DNA of 64,000 nt from Pristiophorus japonicus (Eukaryota): the NCBI RefSeq assembly GCF_044704955.1, contig NC_091992.1:84940001-85004000 (forward strand). The letters are read 5' to 3'. Below the pieces are notes generated by a model that was not told the DNA's origin, did no database searches, and was given only the letters and a program-made list of their open reading frames with translations. Made by a program: the position numbers and the translations under genes. Shown in pieces: positions 52,650 to 64,000 of this stretch (position 1 is its first letter; every line of letters starts with the position of its first letter).

Positions 52650-53010
52650 ATCATTCTCGGGTTGCGGGCAGTTATTGCCTGCCCTTAGTTGACCTGAGAA
52701 GCTGGTGATGTGCCTCCTTATTGAATGGCTGGGTAGCGATTTGATACAAGACCATTCCAGAGGGCAGTGAAGAGAGGACTACATTGGTCAGACCGAGTAT
52801 GTATGGCACTAAAAGATGTTAATGAACCTGTTGGGTTTTTACAATAATCCAACAGGTTCCTGGTCACTATTACTGATAGCAATTTTTTAATTTCCCAGTT
52901 ATTTAAAACTGAAATCTAATTCTCAATCTGCCATGAACTAATTTTCCCTAGATTATTAGACCAGGCCTCTGGATTACTAGCCCAAGACCATAAGCACTAC
53001 ACTACCATAC
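52650..53010 (-). mobile_element. tRNA-derived SINE (second family), diverged
   Basis: Similar to 31248-31579. Confidence 0.7.
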
Positions 53011-53144
53011 CCTCTACCCTCATATCCCTTACCTCCCAGTGCCTTCCTTATATTTCATACTCTTTTTATCACAGGTGAAGCTGACTTGCCAGGGGTCGTT
53101 CTTCAAGTCCTTTCCTCGCTCTGTATCAATTGGTAAGATTGATT

Positions 53145-53283
53145 AAGGAGGTCAAGGGTTATGGGGAGCGGGCAGGGAAGTGGAGTTGAGGCCAAGATCA
53201 GATCAGCCATGATGTTATTAAATGGCAGAGCAGGCTCGAGGGGCCGAATGGCCTCCTCCTACTCCTATTTCTTATGTTCTTAT
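53145..53283 (+). mobile_element. CR1 3' end
   Basis: Very similar to 45030-45165. Confidence 0.85.
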
Positions 53284-54026
53284 TGGTGTGGAGCCAGCCC
53301 TGACTCCAGTGCACACGCCTCAGTTACACTGCATTCCCTACGTTCAGGGCATTAAACTGTCATGCAATGGGCAGAGAATTGGATGGAGGCCCTAGGAATT
53401 GGGTGGAGGCTTCTGCGACTCAGCTCCTCACCATCAGGGATTTAAAAATAAAATAAAACATACTTCAGTTTTGCCAATAAAGCAAAGGTACTGTCAGCAA
53501 TCCAATCCCTTACCACCACCCCACCCTCCAATTGATTGCATGTGCAAGATTTAAAACTCATCATACAGTGGAATTGCAGGAACAGAGTGACTGCTGCCAA
53601 TGACTGGAAGCTGCACAGAAGTGTACTGCGCATTTATCTGGAACTGGAAGCTTCTATTTTTTTCACCAGAGCAATTCTCTCCCAGCATTTTTGAACCAGT
53701 TCACTCGCTCCCACCATTAAATTTTTTTTTAAAGAATCCACTCCCATGATGAACCGATACATTGGCAGCAGTCGCCTCCTTAAAAGAATGGACTTGGGTA
53801 AAAGAGCAGAACTTGGTTAGAGGGCAACAGAAAGGAAACAATACAGAGCTTAGTCAAATCAGAGTGTGGGATGGGCTTTGCTTACTGTCCTGGATGCTTG
53901 AGGACGAACGTACGATCAACAAGGCTGATCGGAGCCCTGATAGACTACACGGCCACAACACATGCTGACTACTGCAGAGATCAGAGACAAGGCTGGAAGA
54001 ACTGATCAACAAGTTTCTGGACTTTT

Positions 54027-55472
54027 AGAATTATAGAATGGTTACAGCACGGAAGAAGGCTATTCGGCCCATCGAGCCCGTGCCAGCTCTCTGCAAGAGC
54101 CCTTCAGCTAGTACCACTCCTCTGCCCTTACCCTGTAGCCCTGCAAATGTTTTTCTTTCTGGTACTTATCCAACTCCCTTTTGAAAGCGGGGATTGAGTC
54201 TGCCTCCACCACCCTTTCGGGCAGTGCATTCCAGAGCCTAACTCCTCGTTGCGTAAAAAAGTTTTTTCTTACGTCGCCTTTGGTTCTTTTGCAAATCACC
54301 TTAAATCTGTGTCCTCTGGTTCTTGACCCTTCCACTAATGGGAACAGTTTCTCTCTATCTACTCTGTCTAGACCCTTCGTGATTTTGAACACCTCTATCA
54401 AATCTCTCAATCTTCTCTGCTCTAAGGAGAACAACCCCAGCTTGTCCAGTCTATCCATGTAACTGAAGTCCCTCATCCCTGGAACCATTATCATAAATAA
54501 TTTCTGCACACTCTCCTATGCCTTCACATCCTTCCTAAAATGCGGCACCCAGAATAGGACACAGTACTCCAGTTGAGTCTGAACCTGTGTTTTATACAGG
54601 TTCATCATAATTTCCATGCTTTTGTACTCTATACTTCTATTCACAAAGCCCAGGCTCCCGTAAGCATTTTTAACCGCTTTCTCAACCTGTCCTGCCACCT
54701 TCAACGATTTGTGCACATATACCCCTTGACCTCTCTGTTCATGCACTCCCATTAGGATTGTACCCTTTAGTTTATATTGCCTCTCCTCATTCTTTCTACC
54801 AAAATGTATCACTTTGCACTTTTCTGCATTCAATTTCAGCTGCCACGTGTCCGCTCATTCCACCAGCCTGTCTATGTCCTCTTGAAGTCTATCACTATCC
54901 TTCTCACTGTTCACTATACTTCCAAGTTTTGTGTCATCTGCAGATTTTGAAATTGTGCCCTGTACACCCACATCCAAGTCATTAATATATATCAAGAAAA
55001 GCAGTGGTCCTAGCACTGACCCTTGGGGAACACCACTGTATACCTTCCTCCAGTCCAAAAAACAAGTGTTCACCACTACTCTCTGTTTCCTGTCACTTAG
55101 CCAATTTCTTACCCATTCTTCCACTATCCCTTATATTCCACTTCAACTTTGCTGGCAAGCCTATTATGTGGCACTTTGTCGAACGCCTTTTGGAAATCAA
55201 CCGCATTTCCCTCATCAACCCTCTCCGTTACCTCATCAAAAAACTCAATCAAGTTGGTTAAACATGATTTGCCTTTAACAAATCCATGCTGGCTTTTCTT
55301 GGTTAATCCACACTTGTCCAAGTGACTGTTAATTTTGTCCGTGATTACTGTTTCTAAATGCTTCCTCACTACAGATGTTAAACTGACCGGCCTATAGTTG
55401 CTGGGTTAAACGTTACACACTTTTTTGGAAAAAAAAGTGTAACATTTGCAATTCTCCAGTCCTCTGGCACCT
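54027..55472 (-). mobile_element. CR1 LINE RT region and 3' UTR
   Basis: QHGFVKGKSCLTNL, DFQKAFDKVPH, SGVPQGSVLGP, SADDTK. Confidence 0.93.
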
Positions 55473-55476
55473 CAAG

Positions 55477-56057
55477 TCACTGGAGATATATCACCAACGA
55501 TGTCTCTGCAAGATCCTGCAAATCCCCTGGGAGGACAGGCACACCAATATCAATGTCCTTGTCCAGGCTAACATCCCCAGTATTGAAGCACTGACCACAC
55601 TCGATCAGCTTCGCTGGGCAGGCCACATAGTTCGCATGCCAGATACGAGACTCCCTAAGCAAATGCTTTATGCGGAGCTCCTTCATGGTAAAGGAGCCAA
55701 AGATGGGCAGCGGAAACGTTATAAGGCACCCTCAAAGCTTCCCTGGTACAGTGCAACATCACCACTGACACCTGGGTGACCCTGGCCGAAGACCATGTGA
55801 GGTGGAGAAAGTGCATCCGGGAGGGCGTTAAGCTCTTCGAGTCTCAACGCAAAGAGCGCGAAGAGGTCAAGCGCAGGCAGCGGAAGGAGCACACGGCAAA
55901 CCAGCCCCATCCACCCCTTCCCTCGACGAATGTCTGTCCCACTTGTAACAGGGTCTGTGGCTCTCGTATCGGACTGTTCAGTCATCAAAGAATTCACTTT
56001 GGGAGTGGAAGCAAGTCTTCCTCGATTCCGAGGGACTGCCTATGATGATAATGATGA
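55477..56057 (+). mobile_element. RTE LINE 3' fragment
   Basis: CPTCNRVCGSRIGLFSHQRIH; (GAT)n tail. Confidence 0.92.
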
Positions 56058-56631
56058 TTTATATGGAAAACATGCTCAAATATTGCATTATGCCAGTAAC
56101 AGGCATGAAGAAGAAAAACATATAAAACATCCCAACTTGCAAGGATTTTTAGGAGAACCATATGCGATGTTGGAACAAGATGGCGTAGGAGAGGAACCTT
56201 CTTATCTCTAACGACAAAGGGCATGATCATTCCTTCGCTCCTGAGTTGTGTCTTCGAAAAGCTACAACTCTCTTTCTGGTAAAAACTGTTGTGTCCAAGT
56301 GGCAAATAAAATTCTTTAGGGTTAGAAAATAGCTACAGTGTCTAGCTTGATTCTTGACCTTTTGTATTCTGAACAAGAGAGAGGAATCCCTACACTGCTA
56401 CAGCACTAAGACCCTGAAGTCACGACAATTTAAATAGTCACCACCGCACGCCCGGCCAAGCTGTCTGCTGTGAAATCCAGTAAAACATCACACTGTTACA
56501 ACGCTATCAAAGTGTTTTTAATTGAAAAGTTTCAGTTATCTTTTGAAGACTTGTAGATAACTGGCCCCTTTACTGCAGCTGGATTGTAATGTATGGACCT
56601 GTGAGCATGCTCACAGACTTGTGGAGATGTT

Positions 56632-57291
56632 TCTTGCCATCTGAAGGAGGTGGGGGTCCCCAATGGAGTGCTCTCTATGCGGGAGTCCTCCCTTTATTTA
56701 TTGGGAACTTGGTCTGGAGGGTGATGAATGGGGGGGGGCAGTCCCGAGCAAAAAGTTTTTAAGTCGGTTCATGGACTCTCGGGCCGCCTATAATTTCTGC
56801 GGGTCTGGATGAGTCAGTGTTCCATGTTTATGTTGAGTGTTTGAGGTTGCAGCCCCTCTTCCATTATTTGAAGGGGTTGCTCCTCAATTTCTGGCTGCAC
56901 TTCAGTCCCACACTCCTGATCTTTGGGCAGCTGGTGCAGAGGGGAGCGGGTAGGTCCAAGGGCCTCCTCGTAGGACTGCTCCTGGGCACGGCCAAGGGTG
57001 CCATCAGCTGGTCCAGGCAGCGGGCGGTCCAGGGGATCATTCAGCCCGACTGCCTGCCTCTCTTCCGTGGCTACGTTTGCGTCAGGGCGACCCGGAGATG
57101 GAGCACGCGGTATCCACCACTACGCTCGCAGCCTTCCGCGAGAGGTGGGCACCAGAGGGACTGGAGTGCATCATCACCCCGGGAACAGAATTTTAGTTTA
57201 AGTTGACATAGTTCCCAGTTCATTTGTAAATTTGTGGGTTCTAGTGCCCTTGCCAAAAGGAGGTACTTGATTTAAAGTTATATTAAAATAG
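56632..57291 (+). mobile_element. Tx1-clade non-LTR retrotransposon, 5'-truncated
   Basis: ORF2 C-terminus PQWSALY...WRV...FC..ESVFHVYVECLRLQPLF...FWLHFSP resembles Xenopus Tx1 ORF2 as recalled; TSD TTGTGGAGATGTT (56619-56631) / TTGTGGAGCTTTT (57292-57304). Confidence 0.88.
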
Positions 57292-57366
57292 TTGTGGAGC
57301 TTTTGCACTGTGAGTGGTTGCACTGTGAATGGCTTAGCCAGTCACGTGATGTTCAGAAGACTCAAT

Positions 57367-58125
57367 GGGCCCAAGTTTCAGATGTCCTCCCAGAACGGCG
57401 CACTCCAAGAGGTCTGCCTATTATAATGAAAAAAGCACCTAAAACTTACCTCGCGATTCTCCGAGTCCAGCAGGCCTGTTTCACAGTCAACGCAGTGCAG
57501 TACAAGCAGCTGGGGGCAGAGCTACAACCCTGCGCCAAAAAGAGTGTCGGCAACTGCGCGCGTGCGCAGTAGCTCCTGGCCCCCAGATTCTGTGTGCGTG
57601 TACTGCTTGCTGTGTGGGAGGGGCCAAAAGCACGCAGCCCCTAGCCCTGGTCAGGCTCCCGGTGCTCCTGAAAGGGTAGGTGAGGTAGGAACTTTTTATT
57701 TTTAATTTATTGATTTATTGATTTATTTATCATTTATTATTGATGATGGTTCTTTATTTTTAAAAATGAAATGTTTACTGCTTTGGAAAATCCTCTAACT
57801 TCCCTGGATCTCTGGATCTCTAACATCTCTGGATACCTGCGCCTGATTTCTAAAGTCTCCGCAAGGTTTTTCAGAGCGTACAAAAGTGTACACTTACTCC
57901 GTTCTAACTTAGTTTGGAGTAACTTTTCGCTGCCTAAACTTGCAAATCAGGCGTAAGTGGCTCGTAACGCCCCCTTTTGAAAAAAAAACTGTACTCAAAC
58001 GAAACTATACTAACTCACTTAAACTGGAGCAAACTAAATGATGAGAATTGCAATTTCTAAGTTATTCCATACTAAACTAATTGCTCCAAAAAAAATAGGA
58101 GCAACTCGAGTCGAAACTTGGGCCC
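57367..58125. mobile_element. PIF/Harbinger-type MITE
   Basis: Perfect 13-bp TIR GGGCCCAAGTTTC / GAAACTTGGGCCC; 3-bp TSD AAT; empty site visible in LTR copy B (61221-61250). Confidence 0.92.
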
Positions 58126-58747
58126 AATAAAACCCCAGTTAATTGAGTTCAGGTTCTCCACGATGAGGTGTGCAGTTGTGAGCCTGGTGGATGAACTGGT
58201 AGGGTTCAGTTTGATTGTTAAACCTTTGCTAATAAACCGTCTAGTTCTTTACAGCAAATGTGATGCTATGAATTCTTAAGCAGAGAACCCATGAAGCAAA
58301 AACACTACATCTATCACACTGTAGGTGATGCTATGGAAGTGAGCTGATAGACACTGATCACCTTTCATGTTTTCAAATTCTGATCTGCCACTCGGCAATA
58401 CTCATGGGAATGCCAACCAATCAGTATGCTAAGTTTAAAATACAAAGTAGCTATCCAGTGAGTGAATTGGATTCAGATTAGATATTTGGTTTAAATCAGC
58501 AGAAACTGATGCTAGCAGTTCCATTCTGGGGCTAGAACTGAGGAGCAGAAACTGCTGAATTAAAGTCAATGGTTTGGATTTCTTGGAGAACAAAAATTGC
58601 TGTAATTTCATAAGAAACAGGATCATTAATCTGCCTCGACTGAACTGGAGAGACTTGTACGGACCCAATCAGAAGCAGTTTTTAAACTGGCAACTTGCCA
58701 CCAACCCAAACAGCAACAACAACAAATTGTATTTATATTTTTTAAAG

Positions 58748-59535
58748 ATTTGGATTTATATAGCGCCTTTTGCGACCACTGGACGTCTCAAAACGCTTTA
58801 CAGCCAATGAAGTACTTTTGGAGTGTAGTCACTGTTGTAATGTAGGAAACGCAGCAGCTAATTTGCACACAACAAGCTCCCATAAACAGCAATGTGATAA
58901 TGACCAGACAATCTGTTTTTGTTATGTTTAATTTGCTTCAATTGCTGATTTTCTAATTTTAACTTGATGTATAATTATTGAATATATTATTTAATTTTGT
59001 TTAGTTATGATGATTCTGTATTATTCTGAACTTACTATTGTATACTCATTGTATTATTTACAATGTAATTTGTATTTTTTTCCTGTTTTTTCTCCTGTGT
59101 CTATCTGAGTGCACATTTTGGCTGCCACTTCGGACCGGAGCCTTTAACCTCTTTTACACTTCCTTCTCCCGCTTTTTCTTTCTTTCTCTCCCTTGTTAAT
59201 AGCTAACGTGATGTAAGGCTATTGTGAAGCTCCTTGGGATGTTTTACGACGTTAAAGGCGCTATATAAATAAAATAATAATTATTATGTTGATTGAGGGA
59301 TAAATATTGGCCAGGACACGGGGGATAACTCCCCTGCTCCTCTTTGAAATAGTGCCATGGGATTTTTCACATCCACCTGAGAGGGCCAACAGGGCCTCGG
59401 TTTAACGTCGCATCTGAAAGACGCGCACTTCCTCCGACAGTGCAGCACTCCCTCAGCACTGCACTGGAGTGTCAGCTGCCTAGATTTATGTGCTCAAGTC
59501 CCTGGAGTGGAGCTTGAACCCACGTCTTTCTGACT
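58748..59535 (-). mobile_element. Deu-domain SINE split by an L2-tailed insertion
   Basis: SINE halves 58748-58928 and 59284-59535. Confidence 0.85.
58929..59283 (+). mobile_element. AT-rich L2-type 3' UTR insertion
   Basis: TSD TTATGTT (58922-58928, 59284-59290); tail GTTAAAGGCGCTATATAAAT(AAT)n. Confidence 0.75.
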
Positions 59536-59864
59536 CCATCATGCAGGAATTTGATGTCTCAAAACTCCTTTCCTTCCACTGTAAGTGAAAATGTAGCCAT
59601 TTAAATGGCATCTGGAGTCCTTCAAACTACTGGCATAGTGTTCAACTAAGGCAAACATTCCTCAGCCTGCTGTGTAAGCTGGAGCACTCGTACAGAATTG
59701 ATAATGTGCGCAAATCCCCAACACGTGAGCATGGGCCGCGTGATATTCAGCCCCATTTGGATTATGAACCAGAATTTCCAGACTATTGCATGCAGTTTTG
59801 GCACCTCATTCCAAAAGAACATTAAAGCTCGAGAGAGTGCTCAAGGAAGAGCGATGGGATTTTA

Positions 59865-60035
59865 GGGGGTAATTTTAACCTAACTGGCCGGGCGGGAATC
59901 CCATGGGATCAGGTGGAACTCCGGTTTTACAAGCCGCCAATATCGCTCTCGGTTAACTTCAATGGAGACTACAATCGGGTGGGTGGGGGAACCAGCGTGC
60001 CTCCCGATCCCATCAGTTAGGTTAAAATTGCCCTG
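59865..60035. mobile_element. Short MITE within a decayed CR1 remnant
   Basis: 20-bp TIR GGGTAATTTTAACCTAACTG / CAGTTAGGTTAAAATTGCCC. Confidence 0.8.
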
Positions 60036-60606
60036 GTTACAAAATGAGAAAGAACAGAACTGCTTTTCACTGGAGCAACGAAGATTAAGCTTAGATATGA
60101 TGCAGCTTATAACATGCTGAAACGCCATGCCATGTGAATGTAAGCAGTTATATCATTCAAACGGCGATCACAGAATTGCAGAACATAGCTACAAAGCTAA
60201 TAAGCCTCCAGCAAGAAAGAGATTTAAAAAAAGATTTTCCCCCCACAGAGTGGTAGATACTTGGAATGGGCTCCAGCCAGGGCAGTTAAAAGCTGGAAAC
60301 ATTTCTGGGACAACGAACATGTTGTTTCTGCAGCACGGCTAGTTAGTACCAACTAATATTGGTTATAATGCTTGACCAATATCCTGTGGGGTGAACACTT
60401 GATTCATGGTGGTGTAATTTGAGAATAGAGGGTAAATTGTACGTGGCTACATTGTGGACTCTCACTTGAAGGGGACGTGGGTTGCAGAATCAGACTGTAG
60501 CTCTATCTCCAACTGATGCTTCTGTCTGTCATGGCTCCATGTAAGAAGTTAAATTAAATCCCTTTGGTCCATTTATCCCGGTGACCTAGTGTATGGAGTG
60601 AGGGTA

Positions 60607-60780
60607 AGGCTTCGATTTTAAAATTCTCATCCTTGTTTTCAAATCCCTCCATGGCCTTGCCCCTCCCTATCTCTGCAATCTCCTCCAGCCCTACAACCCT
60701 CCACGATCTCTGCGCTCCTCCAATTTTGGCCTCTTGAGCATCCCCGATTTTAATTGCTCTACCATTGGTAGCTGTGCCTA
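60607..60780 (+). mobile_element. L2 LINE fragment
   Basis: DFKILILVFKSLHGLAPPYL motif; similar to 45710-45880. Confidence 0.8.
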
Positions 60781-61291
60781 GAGCTTATAACTGAAACTTT
60801 GGAGGAGATTCTGCTTGCAAACCCTTTTAAAACAACCTAGCTGCTGGTACAAGTTAATTTACTATGGAACGCGATTGTCTGCTTGATGGACAATTACTTG
60901 CCAGTCTGCATGCTCTTTGAACTTGCATCATCTCATTACGATTCCTCTGCTTGCAGGACAAGGTGGCGCATAACAGAAGGAAACAGTCCTGAACTGGAGG
61001 CTGGACCCAGAAATTTCAAGCCATTCACTGCATTTTAGGAGGCCACGCTTGTAATATGTTTGCTTCATGGGTTCTTTGCTTAAGAATTCATAGCAACACA
61101 TTGCTGTTAAGAACTAGTTGATTTATTAGCAAAAGGTTTAACAATCAGATGACACATTGCCAGTTCATCCACCTGGCTCACAGCCACCTGCCTCGTCATG
61201 GATTCCCCCGAAACCAACTGGCTGGGGTTTTATTGAGTCTTCTGAACATCACGTGACTGGCTAAGCCACTCCCAACTCAACAACTCGACAA

Positions 61292-61768
61292 CTATTTTAG
61301 TTGCACCTATAAATCAAATTTAAATCAAGTGCCCTCTGATTAAAAGGGGCGCACCAAAACCGACACATAAATTAACTTTTAACAATAATGATTCAAATTT
61401 AAATTTGGTTGCCGGGGTGATGATGCACTCCAGTCCCTCCGGCGCCCACCTCTCGCGGAAGGCCGCGAGCGTACCGGTGGACACCGCGTGCTCCATCTCC
61501 AGGGACACCCTGGCTCGGATGTAACCGCGGAAGAGAGGCAGGCAGTCGGGCTGAACGACCTCCTCGACCGCCTGCTGCCTGGACCGGTTAATGACTGAAC
61601 TTAGCCATGCCCAGGAGCAGTCCTACGAGGAGGCCTTCCGACCTGCCCGCTCCCCTCCACACAGGGTGCCCAAAGATCAGGAGTGTGGGACTGAAGTGCA
61701 ACCAGAATTTGAGGAGCAGCCCCTTCAAATAATGGAATAGGGGCTGCAACCTCAGACATTTAACATAC
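61292..61768 (-). mobile_element. Tx1-clade LINE 3' fragment (insert B1)
   Basis: YVKCLRLQPLFHYLKGLLLKFWLHFSP...SLEMEHAVSTGTLAAFRERWAP; flanked by target copies 61279-61291 and 61769-61781. Confidence 0.9.
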
Positions 61769-61781
61769 AACAGCTCTACAA

Positions 61782-62222
61782 CTATTTTAGTTGTGCACTT
61801 TAATCGTGCCCCCTGGGAGGGGCACACTCCTTTTTGTACTTTCTTTGTATTTGTTTGTGTGTTTTTAAAAAACATTTTGTGGGTTCTTTTGGGCACTAAA
61901 ACCGTAAATTTACAAGTGCCCCCTATAAAAGGGGAGGGGGACACTAAAACCCGGCAATTAAAACAAATTAAACATTAAAACATGTAAAATCAATTTAAAA
62001 TTTGGTTGCCAGGGATGATGATGCACTCCAGTCCCTCTGGTGCCCACCTCTCGCGGAAGGCCACGAACGTACTGGTGGACACCGCGTGCTCCATCTCCAG
62101 GGACACCCTGGCTCGGATGTAACCTTTGGTTTTTTTTGAGGGCACTAAAAACACAAATTATACAAGTGCCCCCTGGCTAAAAGAGGGGAGGGGCACTAAA
62201 ACCGACAACTTAAACACATTAC
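61782..62222 (-). mobile_element. Tx1-clade LINE 3' fragment(s) (insert B2, composite)
   Basis: ORF2 end plus 3' UTR 61782-62124 and an extra UTR piece 62125-62222; flanked by target copies 61769-61781 and 62223-62235. Confidence 0.85.
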
Positions 62223-63372
62223 AACAGCTCTACAAACCTGTGAGCATACTCACAGGTACATACATTACAACCCTCAACATCACTGGTTGTGAGAACGTAG
62301 AATCATTAGGGGAGGGTAAGGATGGAGCCCTCTCCAAAGCTCAGGGCTAGGACTATGCTTATCTTAATTCGTGCCCTCCTATTCTCTCTCTATGCCTCTC
62401 ACACTCACACTCAGTCACACATAGGTGCTCACTCAACCACAAAACTATCACACTCTGTAATTTGCAATGGAGGTCCTGTTAGAAGATCTCTCTTGCAGTC
62501 AGCATTCCAACACATGTTTCTCTTCTGTATCTACAGACTGGAAGAACAGCCTGCTAACATGATGGGTGCACACAGACACACACACCAACACTTCAGTGCA
62601 TCCTTCATCATTCTCACTAACTATCACAGGCACCAGCGCAGCGACATACACCCTTAAGGTTGCAGATAATGACCATGAGGCAGCAGCACCAGATGATGCC
62701 CAGGGCATGAATGAGAAGGAGCCAGTTGTGGTGGTAGAAAGGGAGCGGTGACCTGATGGCGAGAGCGCCAACTTACTTTCATCCACTGCTGCAGTGCCTG
62801 GGCATTCTGACCTCACAGGGCCCGCTTAGAGAAGGAGATTACTGTCCGAGCAGGGTTGTCTGCAAGGCACGTGGGCGATTTGAAACCCCTTAACTCGTAC
62901 TTTGAATGGGATTTGCCATGTTAGTGAACATTCTGTGTGAGAGAGAGTGCACTACTGGCGGGTGATCAGGTTTGAAATTTTAAGGGTGGTCTGACCCGGA
63001 AACCACCTCGTTTAGGAACTCCTGAATTCTCCAATCCCTGCACACGCAATTGCTGTTGGCGAAAGAATTTCCAGGCTATTATTCTAAAAATGATCTTACC
63101 TTGAATTATACAAGGTTGGTTATACGATGTCACCCAATACTTGATTAACTGTTGTACTGACTCCTTACTTTTACATAATGATTGATAATTGCACACAAAT
63201 TTTTTTCCTTTTCTTTTTCTACCTATGCTAGTGGAACCTTTGCCCAATCATCGTGTTCCACACCTCCCTAAATCTTTTGTGGTTCCCTCCCATTGCACAG
63301 AGCATCTTGATGCATTCCAGTGAGGTTGGGGCTTGACCACTCTGGCCCATTCCAAAGTAGGAACTAATTATT

Positions 63373-64000
63373 GGCCTGGATTTTGCGGTCATCAGTGAAG
63401 GGGCGGCACTCACCGCTGACTTCGAAAAAAGCTGCCCATAAAATTTAGTGGGTCCGGAGTGTCGATTTCTTCTGTTCCAATGTGACTTTGAATCCAATGC
63501 TATCTATCGGCGATATGTGGTGACAAGGAACTGTGCATGCATCAGAGAGATTGTTCAGCAATCTGATTGAAGAATTCTCACAAACAGCAAACAGGAAGTA
63601 AAAAGCAGGGATTATCATTCACATTTTAATAATTGAACAATTGGTAAAATAAAGATTGGGACATACACATGGGATTAAGGGAAAAGCTGAAGTATCATTA
63701 AAAAACTTTAAAAAAACAAAAAATAATATTTAGGATTTTAAAAATCATACAATTTTTAAATATTATTCTGAGGAAATGAGATTCCAAAATTGTAAAGTTA
63801 GTTTTTCAGGGCCAGAAAGGTTGTTCAGTAGTAATTATGACTTAATATGCTGTTAGAAGCTCAGTTACTCCTGATCGAACAAGACTTAACATTTTCAATG
63901 GTGTTTAAAGCAAGATAATGTTTAGTTTCACAACAATTCACTGATCCTGTGCTGATTGCATCTGTGAAGACTGCACAGCGCACCCTGCGGAGGAGCAGGG
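63373..64000. mobile_element. MITE-like element, same end family as 10921-12022; runs off the window
   Basis: Starts GGCCTGGATTTTGCGGTCA. Confidence 0.5.

Larger units (their letters stand above)
56585..58309 (+). mobile_element. Solo LTR copy A (~290 bp when empty) carrying a Tx1 insert and a MITE
   Basis: TGTAAT...ACTACA termini, AATAAA, homology to 61050-62269; flanks TGGAT/TCTAT (degenerate). Confidence 0.75.
61050..62269 (-). mobile_element. Solo LTR copy B (~276 bp when empty) carrying stacked Tx1 inserts
   Basis: TGTAAT...ATTACA termini; 5-bp flanks ACGCT (61045-61049) and ACCCT (62270-62274). Confidence 0.8.

Noticed and set aside
56585-62269. LTR copies A and B as the inverted termini of one large element
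   Set aside because: They are clearly diverged, B has its own near-TSD, the outer flanks (TGGAT, ACCCT) do not match, and the interval holds only unrelated repeats
62520-62760. Acidic low-complexity ORF after an acceptor-like site
   Set aside because: Possibly a transposon-gene remnant, but no diagnostic motif or termini could be identified

Overview
Eukaryotic, very repeat-dense DNA with no recognisable host protein-coding gene, RNA gene or CRISPR array. The repeat set (Deu-domain SacSINE1-like SINEs, CR1, L2 and RTE LINEs, Mag-like Gypsy LTR elements, Harbinger-type MITEs) points to a cartilaginous fish, probably a shark; this is an inference. There are five decayed Gypsy elements: two complete with 5-bp TSDs (34400-39007, 47615-50888) and a rearranged three-element block (15332-25356). 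One CR1 LINE (32852-42135) is stretched to about 9.3 kb by nested insertions. The most striking signal is at 56585-62269. Two separate copies of a ~280-bp solo LTR each carry 5'-truncated Tx1-clade LINE insertions at the same position, next to a palindrome, with 13-14 bp TSDs, and one copy holds tandem stacked insertions. This suggests a sequence-specific retrotransposon that targets an LTR. Coordinates were read by eye; boundaries of old repeats are approximate and no database search was run.
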